DNA of 64,000 nucleotides from assembly GCA_964016885.1 (NCBI GenBank), contig OZ024742.1:224750001-224814000 (forward strand), in the 5' to 3' direction. Every line of letters starts with the position of its first letter. Within the stretch, counting starts at the first letter, position 1. Position numbers and translations under genes: made by a program. Positions 1 through 11,743 of the stretch are shown here, piece by piece. Under the pieces are notes generated by a model that saw only the letters and a list, made by a program, of their open reading frames with translations, searched no databases and was not told the origin of the DNA. Source of the DNA: Eledone cirrhosa. Its lineage: Eukaryota.

Positions 1-85
<85 letters not shown>

Positions 86-88
<3 letters not shown>

Positions 89-283
89 TCAGAGCAAACA
101 GCACGGACACTCTATCTCAAAATTATTTTTGAAAAGAATTTAGAAATGCGCAACCGGTAAAAACTTAAAAACTTAAAACCACAACTGAATACTAACCCAT
201 ACAATTACTAATACTCTTTTATTCTTAATTAAACCATTTTTCAACTGTGAAAAATTTGTCAGCATTTTCTATTCCGTTTACCA
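86..283 (+). mobile_element. Single arm of the non-coding fold-back family also at 22281-22664, carrying a variant HHR-like motif (126-162)
   Basis: Near-identical to 22461-22660. It lies between (GA)n and (TA)n and contains TTGAAAA-gaattt/aaatgc-GCAA-ccgg-TA. Confidence 0.75.
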
Positions 284-314
284 ATATATATATATATTCA
301 TTAATTTATTCTAT

Positions 315-405
315 CTTTGCCTTTCATCCTTACGGGGTCGATAAAATAAAGTACCAGTAATGCACTGGGTAATTGCTGGCTTTGTGCCTAAAGTAGAAAC
401 AATTA
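315..405 (+). mobile_element. tRNA-derived SINE with Meta/MESC-like core, 3' half
   Basis: ctttgcctttcatccttacggggtcgataaaataaagtaccag matches the full copy at 40498-40685. Similar taatt(t)tattctatc sequence on both sides is a possible TSD. Confidence 0.8.
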
Positions 406-605
406 ATTTATTCTATCGTGAATAGTCTGGTAACACGTTAACATCGTTTTGTTTGTGTCCATGGTTCCTCAACCTATCGTGATTAATGATAGCTATGTGT
501 TAGACTATGTTGCGGGTAGCGGAATATGAGAGCTTAATTGCGTGTTTATTAAATAAACTATAGCACATATGAGTCTTAAGGAAGCATTTATCTAACGCTC
601 TAAAG

Positions 606-882
606 CAGTCATGAGCAATCTGCGGCTCTGAATAGCTCGCCTAGGTCACCTAAGTAAAACCTTTCTGATTTTTTAGCCCACCTTTTCAGTCATAATTTAT
701 CTTTCTATCATTTTTACAATCGAGGAAAACGTGTACGAATTCTGAAGAAACAAATCAAAACAACCTGAGTTACCGCCCTTTTTATTTAATGTGGGCACGA
801 ATGTAAATTAGCGTTTGCGGCTCGCCTGATGATAAGACATATCTCATGCGGACCGCATCTCGAAAAAGGTTACCCATGCCTG
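606..882. mobile_element. Non-autonomous hAT-type MITE
   Basis: Imperfect TIRs cagtcatgagcaa / ttacccatgcctg, with an exact 8-bp TSD ctctaaag at 598-605 and 883-890. Confidence 0.85.
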
Positions 883-1746
883 CTCTAAAGAATAGTTTAG
901 CTAGGCTGATCTGAAGTCACGCTGAATATGGTGATTATACTATATTATTTATTTGTGTCTAGACCTATTGTTGGCGAGTTTATGTGATGTGTTACTTGAT
1001 GTCACTGTGTTCGTGGTGTTTCCTTCACTTTCAGAATTACCGTTTCAGTAGCGTATGCCGATTTTCATTGGTGCGGTGTCGTCCCCGAGGGTATGTTATT
1101 TAGGGTGCGATTTTGTGTCCCTATATTTGAGTGCCACTTTATTTATTTCGTCCTGCTTCATGCGTTCAGGACTATTGGTGTTCGGACAGTTGTTTTTACT
1201 TGTCACGGTTCGCTCAATGAGTTTAGTTTCTGTGATTGAGTTGCCGCTCACACACTGCTCTAATTGTATTTCTATTACCGGGTTTTTTTTTGTGGATTGA
1301 TGTGTTCACCTCTAATACCTATTCTATTGAAATTTGTTCAAATCCTTTGTACTATTGGTTTGTCCACTACTCACTTGTTGTCCGTACTATATCTATCCAC
1401 CTTGAGGTTATAACTAATTTTATCTCTAAGTGCTGAGTTCCGGCCGTTTCGACAGCTATATATATATATGTTTATATACATTTTTTCTTCTAACTTTGAT
1501 TTTATACCTAATTGTGTATGGTTGACGATATATGTAATCGATTTCCACGTGCTATTGAAATGCTGGGTAAATATTCTATAACTGTTGATTGCGAATAGAT
1601 GGCTGTCGTTTATTTATCTATTATTTATTCATAGGTGCCTTTTAATCTTATAGCCTGGTTTAATTGTTTTTTTGTGTGGTTGATTATGCTAATTGGGAGA
1701 GGAGATGGTGTATATATTTTATCAAATGATTCTATGGACATACTTT

Positions 1747-1793
<47 letters not shown>

Positions 1794-2360
1794 TGTGTGT
1801 GGATAAAACTAAGGCTATCATTTGCCTTATCTACAACGTAAGCAAACGTACATATACCGTATAAATCATGAATTAAATAAAAACAAGTCTTCCAAAGCCA
1901 TACCCTAGTACTCTCAGTAAAACAACAATTAACCTGCTCCAATTACTGGTATGGACAGATTTCATCAGGTTGCAGCCGATGTATTGTCTAGTTTCTATAT
2001 TAGTCATATGGGATTGGTTACAATAGCTTCATGATTCTTGGGGTAGCGGTATAATTAACGAGGAAAATTATGACCATAAAACCTAAACGTTCCTCGGTAG
2101 CGTTAAGGCTGCTTCGTACCGATGGAGGAGGTGATACTGTCGGAATAAGAGGTGAAATCATTGAGATCTCCAATCCACAGATGATGAAGAGCCTGCATGG
2201 TGTATGTAGAATATACATATATATATATCTATATCCAAAATTAAGATAAATCAAATGAATTTAATCTAAATCAAAATTATGGGTGTCATGCCAGAAAGAC
2301 ATGCGCCATATCACCCGCAAAATAAACTCTAAGATTCTAACGAGTAGGTCCGAGCATTTT

Positions 2361-2446
2361 ATAATAATTAGAAATTGATTAACATATAAATAAACATGAA
2401 TAATTGTGATTATTCATGTTTATTTATATGTTAATCAATTTCTAGT

Positions 2447-2452
<6 letters not shown>
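2361..2452. repeat. Near-perfect palindrome with ~44-bp arms, abutting (TA)n
   Basis: ataataattagaaattgattaacatataaataaacatgaataat-tgtg-attattcatgtttatttatatgttaatcaatttctagttattat. Confidence 0.85.
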
Positions 2453-2539
<87 letters not shown>

Positions 2540-2677
2540 AAGTTAGTCCTTCATCAGTGATCTTCCAACCATCATTGGTATTTCATCGCTTTAAAGACCA
2601 TATACCTCCGGTTGGTGCGAGCAACGGCTAAAAAAAGTCGTTGGGACACGTAAATAAAGTGTAAACAAACTCATATT

Positions 2678-2708
<31 letters not shown>

Positions 2709-2741
2709 ACACACACACACATAGAATATATATATATATAA

Positions 2742-2791
<50 letters not shown>

Positions 2792-2986
2792 TTGTGTGTG
2801 TCTGAGTTTGTTTGTGTGTGGATTGAGTGGGACGAGGCTGTGTGGTTACTGATGACGAGTGATAGAAAGTAAAGGGACACAAACAATTATATTGTCTATA
2901 ATGCGCTGAAACATCTGTGACCCGTAGTAGACAACTGATGAAGGGACAATGTCCATCTCTTGTTTGTGTTCTTTTAATTTCTAACG

Positions 2987-3042
<56 letters not shown>

Positions 3043-3119
3043 CGAAGGAGTTGTGGTAAGGAACCAGATGGAACATAAGGCACCAGAGTACTCAATACTT
3101 AGGGTAGTAGAGTGGGTAA

Positions 3120-3240
3120 TAGGAGAAAGTATGACCCCGACGGCAGAGCTCAAGCCATTTCGACGGCTATTTCTGGACTCAGTCCAGAAATAGTCGTCGA
3201 AACGGCTCGAGCTCTGCCGTCGGGGTCATACATTCTCCTA
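3120..3240. repeat. Hairpin with ~60-bp arms, made of the 3' half of a hammerhead ribozyme folded back at stem II
   Basis: Centre at 3180. The right arm reads stem II-GAAA-cggc-loop-gccg-TC-ggggtc. The same motif occurs at 43971-44000 and 1432-1459. Confidence 0.7.
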
Positions 3241-3242
3241 TA

Positions 3243-3323
<81 letters not shown>

Positions 3324-3600
3324 ATATATATATACATACATATACACACACACATATATATATATATACACATACATATATAGGAATACACATACCTAGA
3401 GGTGTAAAAAGGCACATGATCACGTGAGTATCGTGAATGTGTATGTGTCGGAGTGTTTGTTTTATCGGTCTATGTCACTTTTATTAGAATAAATACATAT
3501 TGCTTCAAAGGTAATAGTTTCTTCCTCACATACACACGCACGCACACACACACACACGCACACATATACACACACACACACACGCGCACACACACACACA

Positions 3601-3643
<43 letters not shown>

Positions 3644-3790
3644 GCACGCACACACACATGTATATATATACATATGCATATATGTATAGTTTTATGCATA
3701 GCACTGAAAAGTTCCGTGTGACCCTTTTTTGATATCACTGCTATGCAAGCCTCTTTCCCCAAACTTATATATGCAAGGTATATATATTTG

Positions 3791-3836
<46 letters not shown>

Positions 3837-3926
3837 TGTGTGTGTATGTGTGTGTTGTGTATGTGTGTGCGTGCGCGTGGGTGTATGTTTGTATGTGTAT
3901 ATACATACATAGATACATATATACAT

Positions 3927-4182
3927 ATAATTGTTTCTACTTTTGGCACAAAGCCAGCAATTATTCCAGTGTATTACTGGTACTTTATTTTATCGACCCC
4001 GTAAGGACGAAAGGCAAAGTTAACCTCGGCGGGATTTGAGGTTAACTTTGCCTACACATATATACATATATACATATATACATATAATTGTTTCTACTTT
4101 AGGCACAAGGCCAGCAATTACCCAGTGCATTACTGGTATTTATTTTATCGACCCCGTAAGGATGAAAGGCAAAGTCAACCTT
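3927..4182 (-). mobile_element. Two adjacent 3' fragments of the Meta-core SINE (3927-4039, 4086-4182)
   Basis: Reverse complement of the SINE core and 3' end (ataattgtttctacttt...cgaccccgtaagga...aaaggcaaagt). Confidence 0.8.
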
Positions 4183-4460
4183 GATATTCAAATGACCTGG
4201 ATTAGCTGGACATTACGTTAATGCTTCTATTTGTTTAACGATGCCTCTGTCCTCCCATAACCTCAAACTTTCAGTTACAGCCAGACTTTATTTCGGAGGC
4301 CTCTTAAGATGTAGACAAATAATGTAGTTTCGTCTTTCTTTTGGATATTGTATTGACTTAAGCGCCTCTCTGCAACTCTGGGACATCTTTGACAATTTCT
4401 AACCATATATATATATATATACGTATATGTATGTGTGTGTGTTTGTAGGTGTAGATGACT

Positions 4461-4538
<78 letters not shown>

Positions 4539-4602
4539 TGCATACATGCATACATATATATATATATGTATATATACATATGCGTGCGTGCGTGTCTCTG
4601 TG

Positions 4603-4633
<31 letters not shown>

Positions 4634-4852
4634 GTATATATATATAATTTATCTATAAATATATATATATAATATTAAAGATACTATTTATAGTTATGTA
4701 TATACTATAAACAACTATAAACAGGGAAGGTCAGTAATTTATTACTACCTTATTACCAGTAAGAGAAATAGCTCAATGTATGAACATCAGTTGTTTTACA
4801 GAGCAGTAATATAGATTACATAAGTATCAAAGTTATGTTTAAAACATTTAAT

Positions 4853-4899
4853 CGCTGACAATTGTTTCTTCCAAACTTAAGCTTGGAGTCCTCGGAGCA
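4853..4899 (-). ncRNA. Type I hammerhead-like ribozyme with core CCGAGGA (U4C)
   Basis: Reverse-complement copy of 5654-5700. Confidence 0.6.
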
Positions 4900-5653
4900 T
4901 TATCAATGTTTGTACATATAATTAACCTCCTATTCAACTGAAGAATCATACAGATACATATATATTGATGTAGTGGACAACAATTTTATGTTTACAGGGT
5001 GGAATGGATGCGACATATATTATACGAGAATTGTACAATAATTCAAATTAAGATTAAAATTAAAATTAAAAACTAAAAGTTAAAATTAAAATTAAAATTA
5101 AAATTAAAATTAAAATTAAAAGCATAGAGTGGAATACATGCGGCACATAATACAAGAGAATAGTCTAATAATTAAATTAAAGAGATAGTACATGCGTTAG
5201 TCGTATATAAAGGAATGGAACAAGCAAATGTATTATGCATATATGAGTACTGTATGGCAATAAAATACAAGCACTTTAAGCGAATATGTTAGTGTATTAT
5301 GGGGGATGCAATGCGATGATATTTTCTGTATAGTTCAAATTTGTATGTGTGTAGAATTACATATGTTAAGTTATATTTGTATTGAATGTTTGTTATAGTA
5401 ATGGATTGTAACTTGGTGTTATTGTATTCATATTCATGGATTATAGTTGTTCTATTTTTAATTTTAATTTTAACTTTTAGTTTTTAATTTTAATTTTAAT
5501 CTTAATTTGAATTATTGTACAATTCTCGTATAATATATGTCGCATCTATTCCGCCCTGTAAACATGAAATTGTTGTCCACTACATCAATATATATGTATC
5601 TGTATGATTCTTCAGTTGAATAGGCAGTTAATTATATGTACAAACATTGATAA

Positions 5654-5700
5654 TGCTCCGAGGACTCCAAGCTTAAGTTTGGAAGAAACAATTGTCAGCG
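5654..5700 (+). ncRNA. Type I hammerhead-like ribozyme with core CCGAGGA (U4C)
   Basis: tgct-CCGAGGA-ctccaagc/ttaa/gtttggaa-GAAA-caattg-TC-agcg. Stem III (ACAATTGT) is palindromic, as in Penelope-type minimal HHRs. Confidence 0.6.
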
Positions 5701-6534
5701 ATTAAATGCTTTAAACATAACTTTGATACTTGTGTAATCTATCTATCTATATATATATATATGCGCGCGCGTGTGTGTGTATGCATGTGTGTGTATGCAT
5801 GTGTGTGTATGTATGTGTGCGTGTGTGTGTGTGTGCAAGCTATACTTAGAACATATATTTAGCTTCATCCGCCATGTTTGATGTTCAACGTTGTTATATA
5901 TATATTGGGATGAATGCTGTAATTGACTTCAAAAGCTGGAAGGTCAATTCAAATAGGAATATATGTGTGTGTGAGGTAGGTACATGCATGGCTGTGTGTG
6001 CGTGTGTGTACAAAGAGGGGATAGTAAGAGACACAGGGCGATGACGAAATAAAAAAGCAAAGACAATCAAACACACACAGATACACTCAGACACATATCA
6101 CGCTCATATATATATACACTCAGACCTGCATAGTGATGTCACCACACATCGACGCACATATACACCCACTGATCCGCAGATCCACACATTCCGCCCTATA
6201 TACATACATACATGGCCTGCCAAACAAATAGACTAAGTAAACGACGAAGAACTGCTTTATGAATCATTTCTGTGACTTGGACGTTTTCTATATAACAGTT
6301 TCAATAGTTTCTGAGCCAGTGAAAATATAGTTCCTGTTACTCCGAGGCTCTCTAAATATACTCACTACTTAAGACACACAAAAATATAAGAATATAATAT
6401 AAATAAATAACAAGGAATATAACATCTGGTATTTATTATATTGTAGTACAACACGTTTGGTGCCCTTCTAGTTTTAAAACAGAAAATATTCGCCTAGAAA
6501 TTAACAACAATAGGAACAGTTAATTCTTTATGTA

Positions 6535-6720
6535 ATGGTTTCTAAGTTTAGCAATTTGGAGGAATGTCGATTAAATCGAACCAGTACTATCCTGGTATTT
6601 ATTTAATCGAGTTCGGAAAAATGAAAGTTGACCTCAGTGAGATTTGAGCTCAGAAAGTAAAGAGCTGTAACTAAATGCTACAAAGCATTTTGTTCAACGT
6701 TTTAACGAATCTGCCAAAAT
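6535..6720 (-). mobile_element. Diverged Meta-core SINE
   Basis: ctggtatttatttaatcgagttcggaaaaatgaaagttgacctcagtgagatttgagctcag resembles the reverse complement of the SINE core. Confidence 0.6.
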
Positions 6721-7064
6721 TCAGCTGCTTTCATTGTTAATGGTTTTGTCCCTCTCTCTCTCCTCCTCCCCCCCCCCCCTCTCTCTCTCTCTCTTTCCCT
6801 GAGCATGTGTGTGTATGTGTATGTCACATTGAATTTTAAAGAGAATTGCGTTCAGAACATACGAACCTGTGTGGAATACTCAACCACTTACAAAGTGGAT
6901 TGTACCTTTAATTCAAAGGGCTGAATATGAGGTCAATCGACAACATCCCAGACCTCATTCGCTTAATGAGTGAGGTGGAGCTCATCCAATCGGACCAAGG
7001 ACACAATGTTTCCATTGGTCTTTCCAATTGCTAATACTATCTGATGGTCGCAAATCCAGCAGAA

Positions 7065-7185
7065 GGGGCAACGTGAAATAAAGTGTCTTTCTGAAGGACA
7101 TAATGCATCGGCCCGGTCTGGGAATCGAAATCACAACTTCACGATTGTGAATCCAATTATCTAACCACTCAGCCACGCACCTTCA
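7065..7185 (-). mobile_element. tRNA-derived CORE-like SINE head
   Basis: Reverse complement has an A box (tggctgagtgg), a B-box-like tttcgattcc, then tgtccttc...agacactttatttcacgttgc. Related pieces are at 7626-7746 and 41240-41281. Confidence 0.65.
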
Positions 7186-7625
7186 CTCAAAGGGCTAGCC
7201 ATGTCATAATACCACACATTACTTCAAGCAGAATCTCTGTCCATTGCAAGTTAATTTTATGACCATGCTATTCCATTGATCAAACAACTGGAATACTCGT
7301 CGTCGAAACCGACGAAGGTCTATTTCATTCCACATAACACTGCAATACATCACACATATAGTTACAGTTATTACTTAGATGTGTGGGGTGTTCTTTTTTC
7401 TTTCTTTCTTATTCAATAATTAAACATAAGTCGGTATTTAATAGACAATCACGTTGTATGTTTACAATAAATCCCTTCATTTACACGAATAATAAATTGA
7501 TTATGTCGTATTTAAATAATTAACTTAATGAATTTAATTATTTTAGTATTAATTCATTACTTTGTCTATTCTTGTTGAGTTTCTATTCGGTACCTAAATA
7601 CCTTTTCATTTACCAACAACTTTGA

Positions 7626-8150
7626 AGGTGCGTGACTCAGTGGTTGGGTTGTTCAGCTCATCATCACAAGGTCGTGAGTTCGACTCCCGGCGTCGAGTTC
7701 TGTTCTTTTGTGAGACGTTTCATTTCATTTTGCTCCAATCAATTCATAGACCTGCCAACCTCTAAATACCCAAACGGGGAGTACCATGAAAAGAAATGAC
7801 CTAAAAACGGGGAGAAATGAGGAAAAATGGGGAGATTTTACATAATTGTTTTTACTTTTGGCACAAGGCCAGCAATTACCCCAGTACATTACTGGTACTC
7901 TATGTTATCGACCCCGTAAGGATGAAAGGTAAAGTTAACCTTGGCAGGATTTGAACTCAGACCGTAAAGGGCCGTAACTCTATGCTACAAAGCAAAGCGT
8001 CCGACCCTCTACTGATACCGCTAATCCAAAATAATGAAAGTTATACCCATTTTCATAAGAGAAGACATCCCTCACCAATGCCAAATTGGGTGGGAGCTCT
8101 CCCCATTGGAGGGGAGAGCTGACAGGTCTGCATTCAGCTGGCAAAAATGA
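7626..8150 (+). mobile_element. CORE-like SINE interrupted by a MITE
   Basis: A box tgactcagtgg and B box gagttcgactc. SINE-like sequence stops at 7746 and appears to resume at 8131 (cattcagctggcaaaaatgag). Confidence 0.55.
7747..8130. mobile_element. hAT-like MITE, itself carrying a Meta-core SINE (7843-8025, -)
   Basis: TIRs tagacctgccaac / gctgacaggtctg. Confidence 0.6.
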
Positions 8151-8260
8151 GATGAAAGGCAAAGTTAACCTCGGCGGGATTTGAACTCAGACCATAAAGG
8201 GCCGTAATTCTTTGCTGCAAAACATGGCGTCAGACCCTCTACCAATACTGCCAATCCACC
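8150..8260 (-). mobile_element. Meta-core SINE, 5' half
   Basis: gatgaaaggcaaagttaacctcggcgggatttgaactcag...ctgccaatccacc. Confidence 0.8.
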
Positions 8261-8472
8261 AAACGAAAGACAGTTACTTTAGACCATTCCAATTTATTTT
8301 ATTATACGTATTTCGAAGATGTAAGGGTTATGTATAACATAAGTCAAAACATGTTCTCTTCAGACAAAATCCACTGGTGTCAGCCTATGAACTTTTCATC
8401 CGACCCTTATATATATATATATATATAGTGACGAAACATAAGGTCAATTGCATGAACTCATAACCCTTATTT

Positions 8473-8528
8473 ACTGCTATATATATTTCGATGATAGCCA
8501 TTGAATGGCTATGACCTCATCAGGCAGT
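8473..8528 (-). ncRNA. Type I minimal hammerhead ribozyme
   Basis: Minus strand: actgc-CTGATGA-ggtc atagccatt c aatggctat catc-GAAA-tatata-TA-gcagt. A degraded ...PGGLN reading resembling a GIY-YIG C-terminus lies upstream at ~8695-8850. Confidence 0.8.
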
Positions 8529-8850
8529 TAGTCAGTTCTTAGATATGCCAGCTCTGTGTTTATAGTGTTGATGGTATCAGAGCCTTGGGACATATGAGCT
8601 TGTTAGGAATAATTTAATAGTCTAATTCTCATTGGTCAGTTTGTAGATGGCAGTAGGGTTGGTATTTGACCTCAAAGAGGCAGGTGGTGTTGTAAAGTTC
8701 AAACCGCCAGGCAAGATGACAATAGTTCCATATGACTGATTTTCACAAAACGCATTCCTGGTCAGACTAAAATTTCTTTAGTCAAAAAAATACGGTGAAA
8801 GTTATTCTATTTCTAATTTCAAACCTGCTCACTGTTTCAAAGCATACTTA

Positions 8851-8926
<76 letters not shown>

Positions 8927-9216
8927 CAAATAACGAAACGAAATTAAATTTCGTTTCGTTTGTAACTCACTTTTGTATGACTGACGCTTAAACAATTAAG
9001 TTAAAAAAATGTACATCCACATATGTATACTGAAATACTAGTATGCATATGAATACACACACGTGTACATATGTAGATGTACCGAGTTTTTCACTGGACA
9101 CTTTACTGTGAGTGTCCAGCTATTCTGTATGTAAACACACAGACAAACCGGTTTTTAGAGTCATACTGGTTTTCGAGGAAACACCTTTCCTCTATTCTCC
9201 AGAAAGCCAGACAAGG

Positions 9217-9261
9217 AATATTGGACTAGTTTCGATGTTGTTACATCTCATCAGCAATATT
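9217..9261 (-). ncRNA. Type I minimal hammerhead ribozyme, canonical core, GUC site
   Basis: aatattg-CTGATGA-gatgt aaca acatc-GAAA-ctag-TC-caatatt: 7-bp stem I, 5-bp stem II, palindromic ACTAGT stem III. Confidence 0.92.
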
Positions 9262-9684
9262 TACCTATCTTCCGGCCTTTCTAGAGAATCGTAAAAGCAC
9301 ATATCGTTATATGCTTTTTCTATGAAAATTAGTAGTGGGCAGACTAATTTGCATAGAGCGTGAGTACGTACCGGTTCAGCGGAGACGATAAAAACAAATA
9401 ACGAAACGAAATTAAATTTCGTTTCGTTTGTAACTCACTTTTGTATGACTGACGCTTAAACAATTAAGTTAAAAAAATGTACATCCACATATGTATACTG
9501 AAATACTAGTATGCATATGAATACACACACGTGTACATATGTAGATGTACCGAGTTTTTCACTGGACACTTTACTGTGAGTGTCCAGCTATTCTGTATGT
9601 AAACACACAGACAAACCGGTTTTTAGAGTCATACTGGTTTTCGAGGAAACACCTTTCCTCTATTCTCCAGAAAGCCAGACAAGT

Positions 9685-9729
9685 AATATTGGACTAGTTT
9701 CGATGTTGTTACATCTCATCAGCAATATT
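9685..9729 (-). ncRNA. Type I minimal hammerhead ribozyme, second tandem copy
   Basis: Identical to 9217-9261 and 468 bp away. Confidence 0.92.
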
Positions 9730-10047
9730 TACCTATCTTCCGGCCTTTCTAGAGAATCGTAAAAGCACATATGTACACGTGTGTGTATTCATATGCATAC
9801 GAGTATTTCAGTATACATATGTGGATGTACATTTTTTTAACTTAATTGTTTAAGCGTCAGTCATACAAAAGTGAGTTACAAACGAAACGAAATTTAATTT
9901 CGTTTCGTTATTTGTTTTTATCGTCTCCGCTGAACCGGTACGTACTCACGCTCTATGCAAATTAGTCTGCCCACTACTAATTTTCATAGAAAAAGCATAT
10001 AACGATATGTGGTTTTACGATTCTCTAGAAAGGCCGGAAGATAGGTA

Positions 10048-10092
10048 AATATTGCTGATGAGATGTAACAACATCGAAACTAGTCCAATATT
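10048..10092 (+). ncRNA. Type I minimal hammerhead ribozyme, inverted copy
   Basis: aatattgCTGATGAgatgtaacaacatcGAAActagTCcaatatt read directly on the + strand. Confidence 0.92.
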
Positions 10093-10315
10093 CCTTGTCT
10101 GGCTTTCTGGAGAATAGAGGAAAGGTGTTTCCTCGAAAACCAGTATGACTCTAAAAACCGGTTTGTCTGTGTGTTTACATACAGAATAGCTGGACACTCA
10201 CAGTAAAGTGTCCAGTGAAAAACTCGGTACATCTACATATGTACACGTGTGTGTATTCATATGCATACTAGTATTTCAGTATACATATGTGGATGTACAT
10301 TTTTTTAACTTAATT

Positions 10316-10400
<85 letters not shown>

Positions 10401-10621
10401 CATAGAATAGAAAACGAAAAATCAGTGATGCATCTGAACTCAATTTATTGTGTTACAATTGTTTCGCCGGCGGACAGCTCGAGACGCGATCATTGTGTGG
10501 ATCTGTCTGGTTCTGGACCCGCAGGTTCAACGGACACGTCTAATGATTTCGGAGCATATTCTCCCACTGGGGTATCTGACCCTCTGGGCCAGTACCGTCA
10601 AAAACTTCATCCTCTACGCGC

Positions 10622-10682
<61 letters not shown>

Positions 10683-10882
10683 CGTGGGTCCTTTGAAAAG
10701 TTCATAGGCTGATCAAGATACTGTCATGGAATGACCGAATGAGGTTTATTTTCCAACATAGATCCTGGAAAGAAAAACAATGCAATTATTAAAAGGAAGA
10801 ATTGAAATTAATGTATGCAAGATTTCACAGCTCTAGCACCAATCCTTCATAGCCAGCCTATGAATTTTTCAGCTGACCCTCG
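10683..10882. mobile_element. Tc1/mariner-type MITE
   Basis: ~29-bp imperfect TIRs cgtgggtcctttgaaaagttcataggctg / cagcctatgaatttttcagctgaccctcg, with TA on both sides. Confidence 0.8.
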
Positions 10883-10914
10883 TATAGTTGATACAAAACA
10901 CGAAAGATAATAGT

Positions 10915-11010
10915 AATAATTTCTAATTTAGGCACAAGGCCAGCAATTTGTGAGGAAGGGAAAGTCGATTATACCGATCCCTGTACATTACTGGGGGTTT
11001 TTGTTATGAA
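10915..11010 (-). mobile_element. Meta-core SINE 3' fragment
   Basis: ggcacaaggccagcaattt...gtcgattataccgatccctgtacattactgg. Confidence 0.6.
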
Positions 11011-11021
11011 TCCTTTAAAGA

Positions 11022-11022
11022 A

Positions 11023-11083
<61 letters not shown>

Positions 11084-11286
11084 GAATTAAAACCGAACCA
11101 AAATCTGAGAATATAAAATAAGGAACGTGAGAAGAAGAAGAAGAAGAAGAAGAAGAAGAAGAAGAAGAAGAAGAAGAAGAAGAAGAAGAAGAAGAAGAAG
11201 AAGAAGAAGAAGAAGAAAACGCAGATGTTTTGTAGTGTAATGGGGAATGGACCTCCGTCGGTTTCGAGAGACAGACTGACAGACAC

Positions 11287-11365
<79 letters not shown>
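11022..11365. repeat. Compound microsatellites (GAAA)n, (GAA)n and (GA)n
   Basis: Directly visible. Confidence 0.95.
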
Positions 11366-11373
<8 letters not shown>

Positions 11374-11698
11374 GCAAACAAAGAGAGACAAAGAGAGTGA
11401 AAGAAAAACAGAGACAAATAGAGAAAGAGTTGTATAGAGACCAAGACAGAGACAGTTAAATGGAGGCAAATAAAGAGAGGGTTGTGGGAGAGAGAGTGTG
11501 TGTTTTTATGTGTATCTGTATATGCGTGTATCTGTATGTGTGTGTGTGTATGTGTGTATGTGTGGCTTTTAATTACGTCCGAAAAATAATAAACTGCCTC
11601 CCTGATGACCTGCAGATATTCCACATTTCATAGGAGATTTAATGAATCGGGCTCGTTTCAAAGATTCCTCCTCTCTCTGCTTCCTTCTTCTTCTCTCG

Positions 11699-11743
<45 letters not shown>

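Larger units (their letters stand above)
4811..5742. mobile_element. Fold-back element with ~285-bp inverted arms (4811-~5097 / ~5456-5742) and a ~360-bp spacer; HHR in each arm
   Basis: The arms are near-perfect reverse complements. The right end runs into a TA/TG microsatellite. Confidence 0.8.
8921..10320 (-). mobile_element. Non-coding retrozyme-like / Penelope pLTR-derived element: 468-bp unit in tandem (1.8 copies) plus a 554-bp inverted segment, inside (TA)n
   Basis: 8921-9388 repeats at 9389-9772. 9767-10320 is the reverse complement of ~8989-9542. There is one HHR per unit and (TA)n on both sides. Confidence 0.85.

Noticed and set aside
2930-2965. gacaaCTGATGAagg plus a small hairpin (also ~17786-17810, and CTGATGA at ~11602 and ~41902 on -)
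   Set aside because: No correctly placed GAAA, stem III or cleavage triplet could be found.
9112-10197. 60-aa ORF (MSSYSVCKH...) present three times
   Set aside because: It has a GTG start, is antisense to the hammerhead and shows no recognisable motif. The repetition simply follows the DNA repeat.
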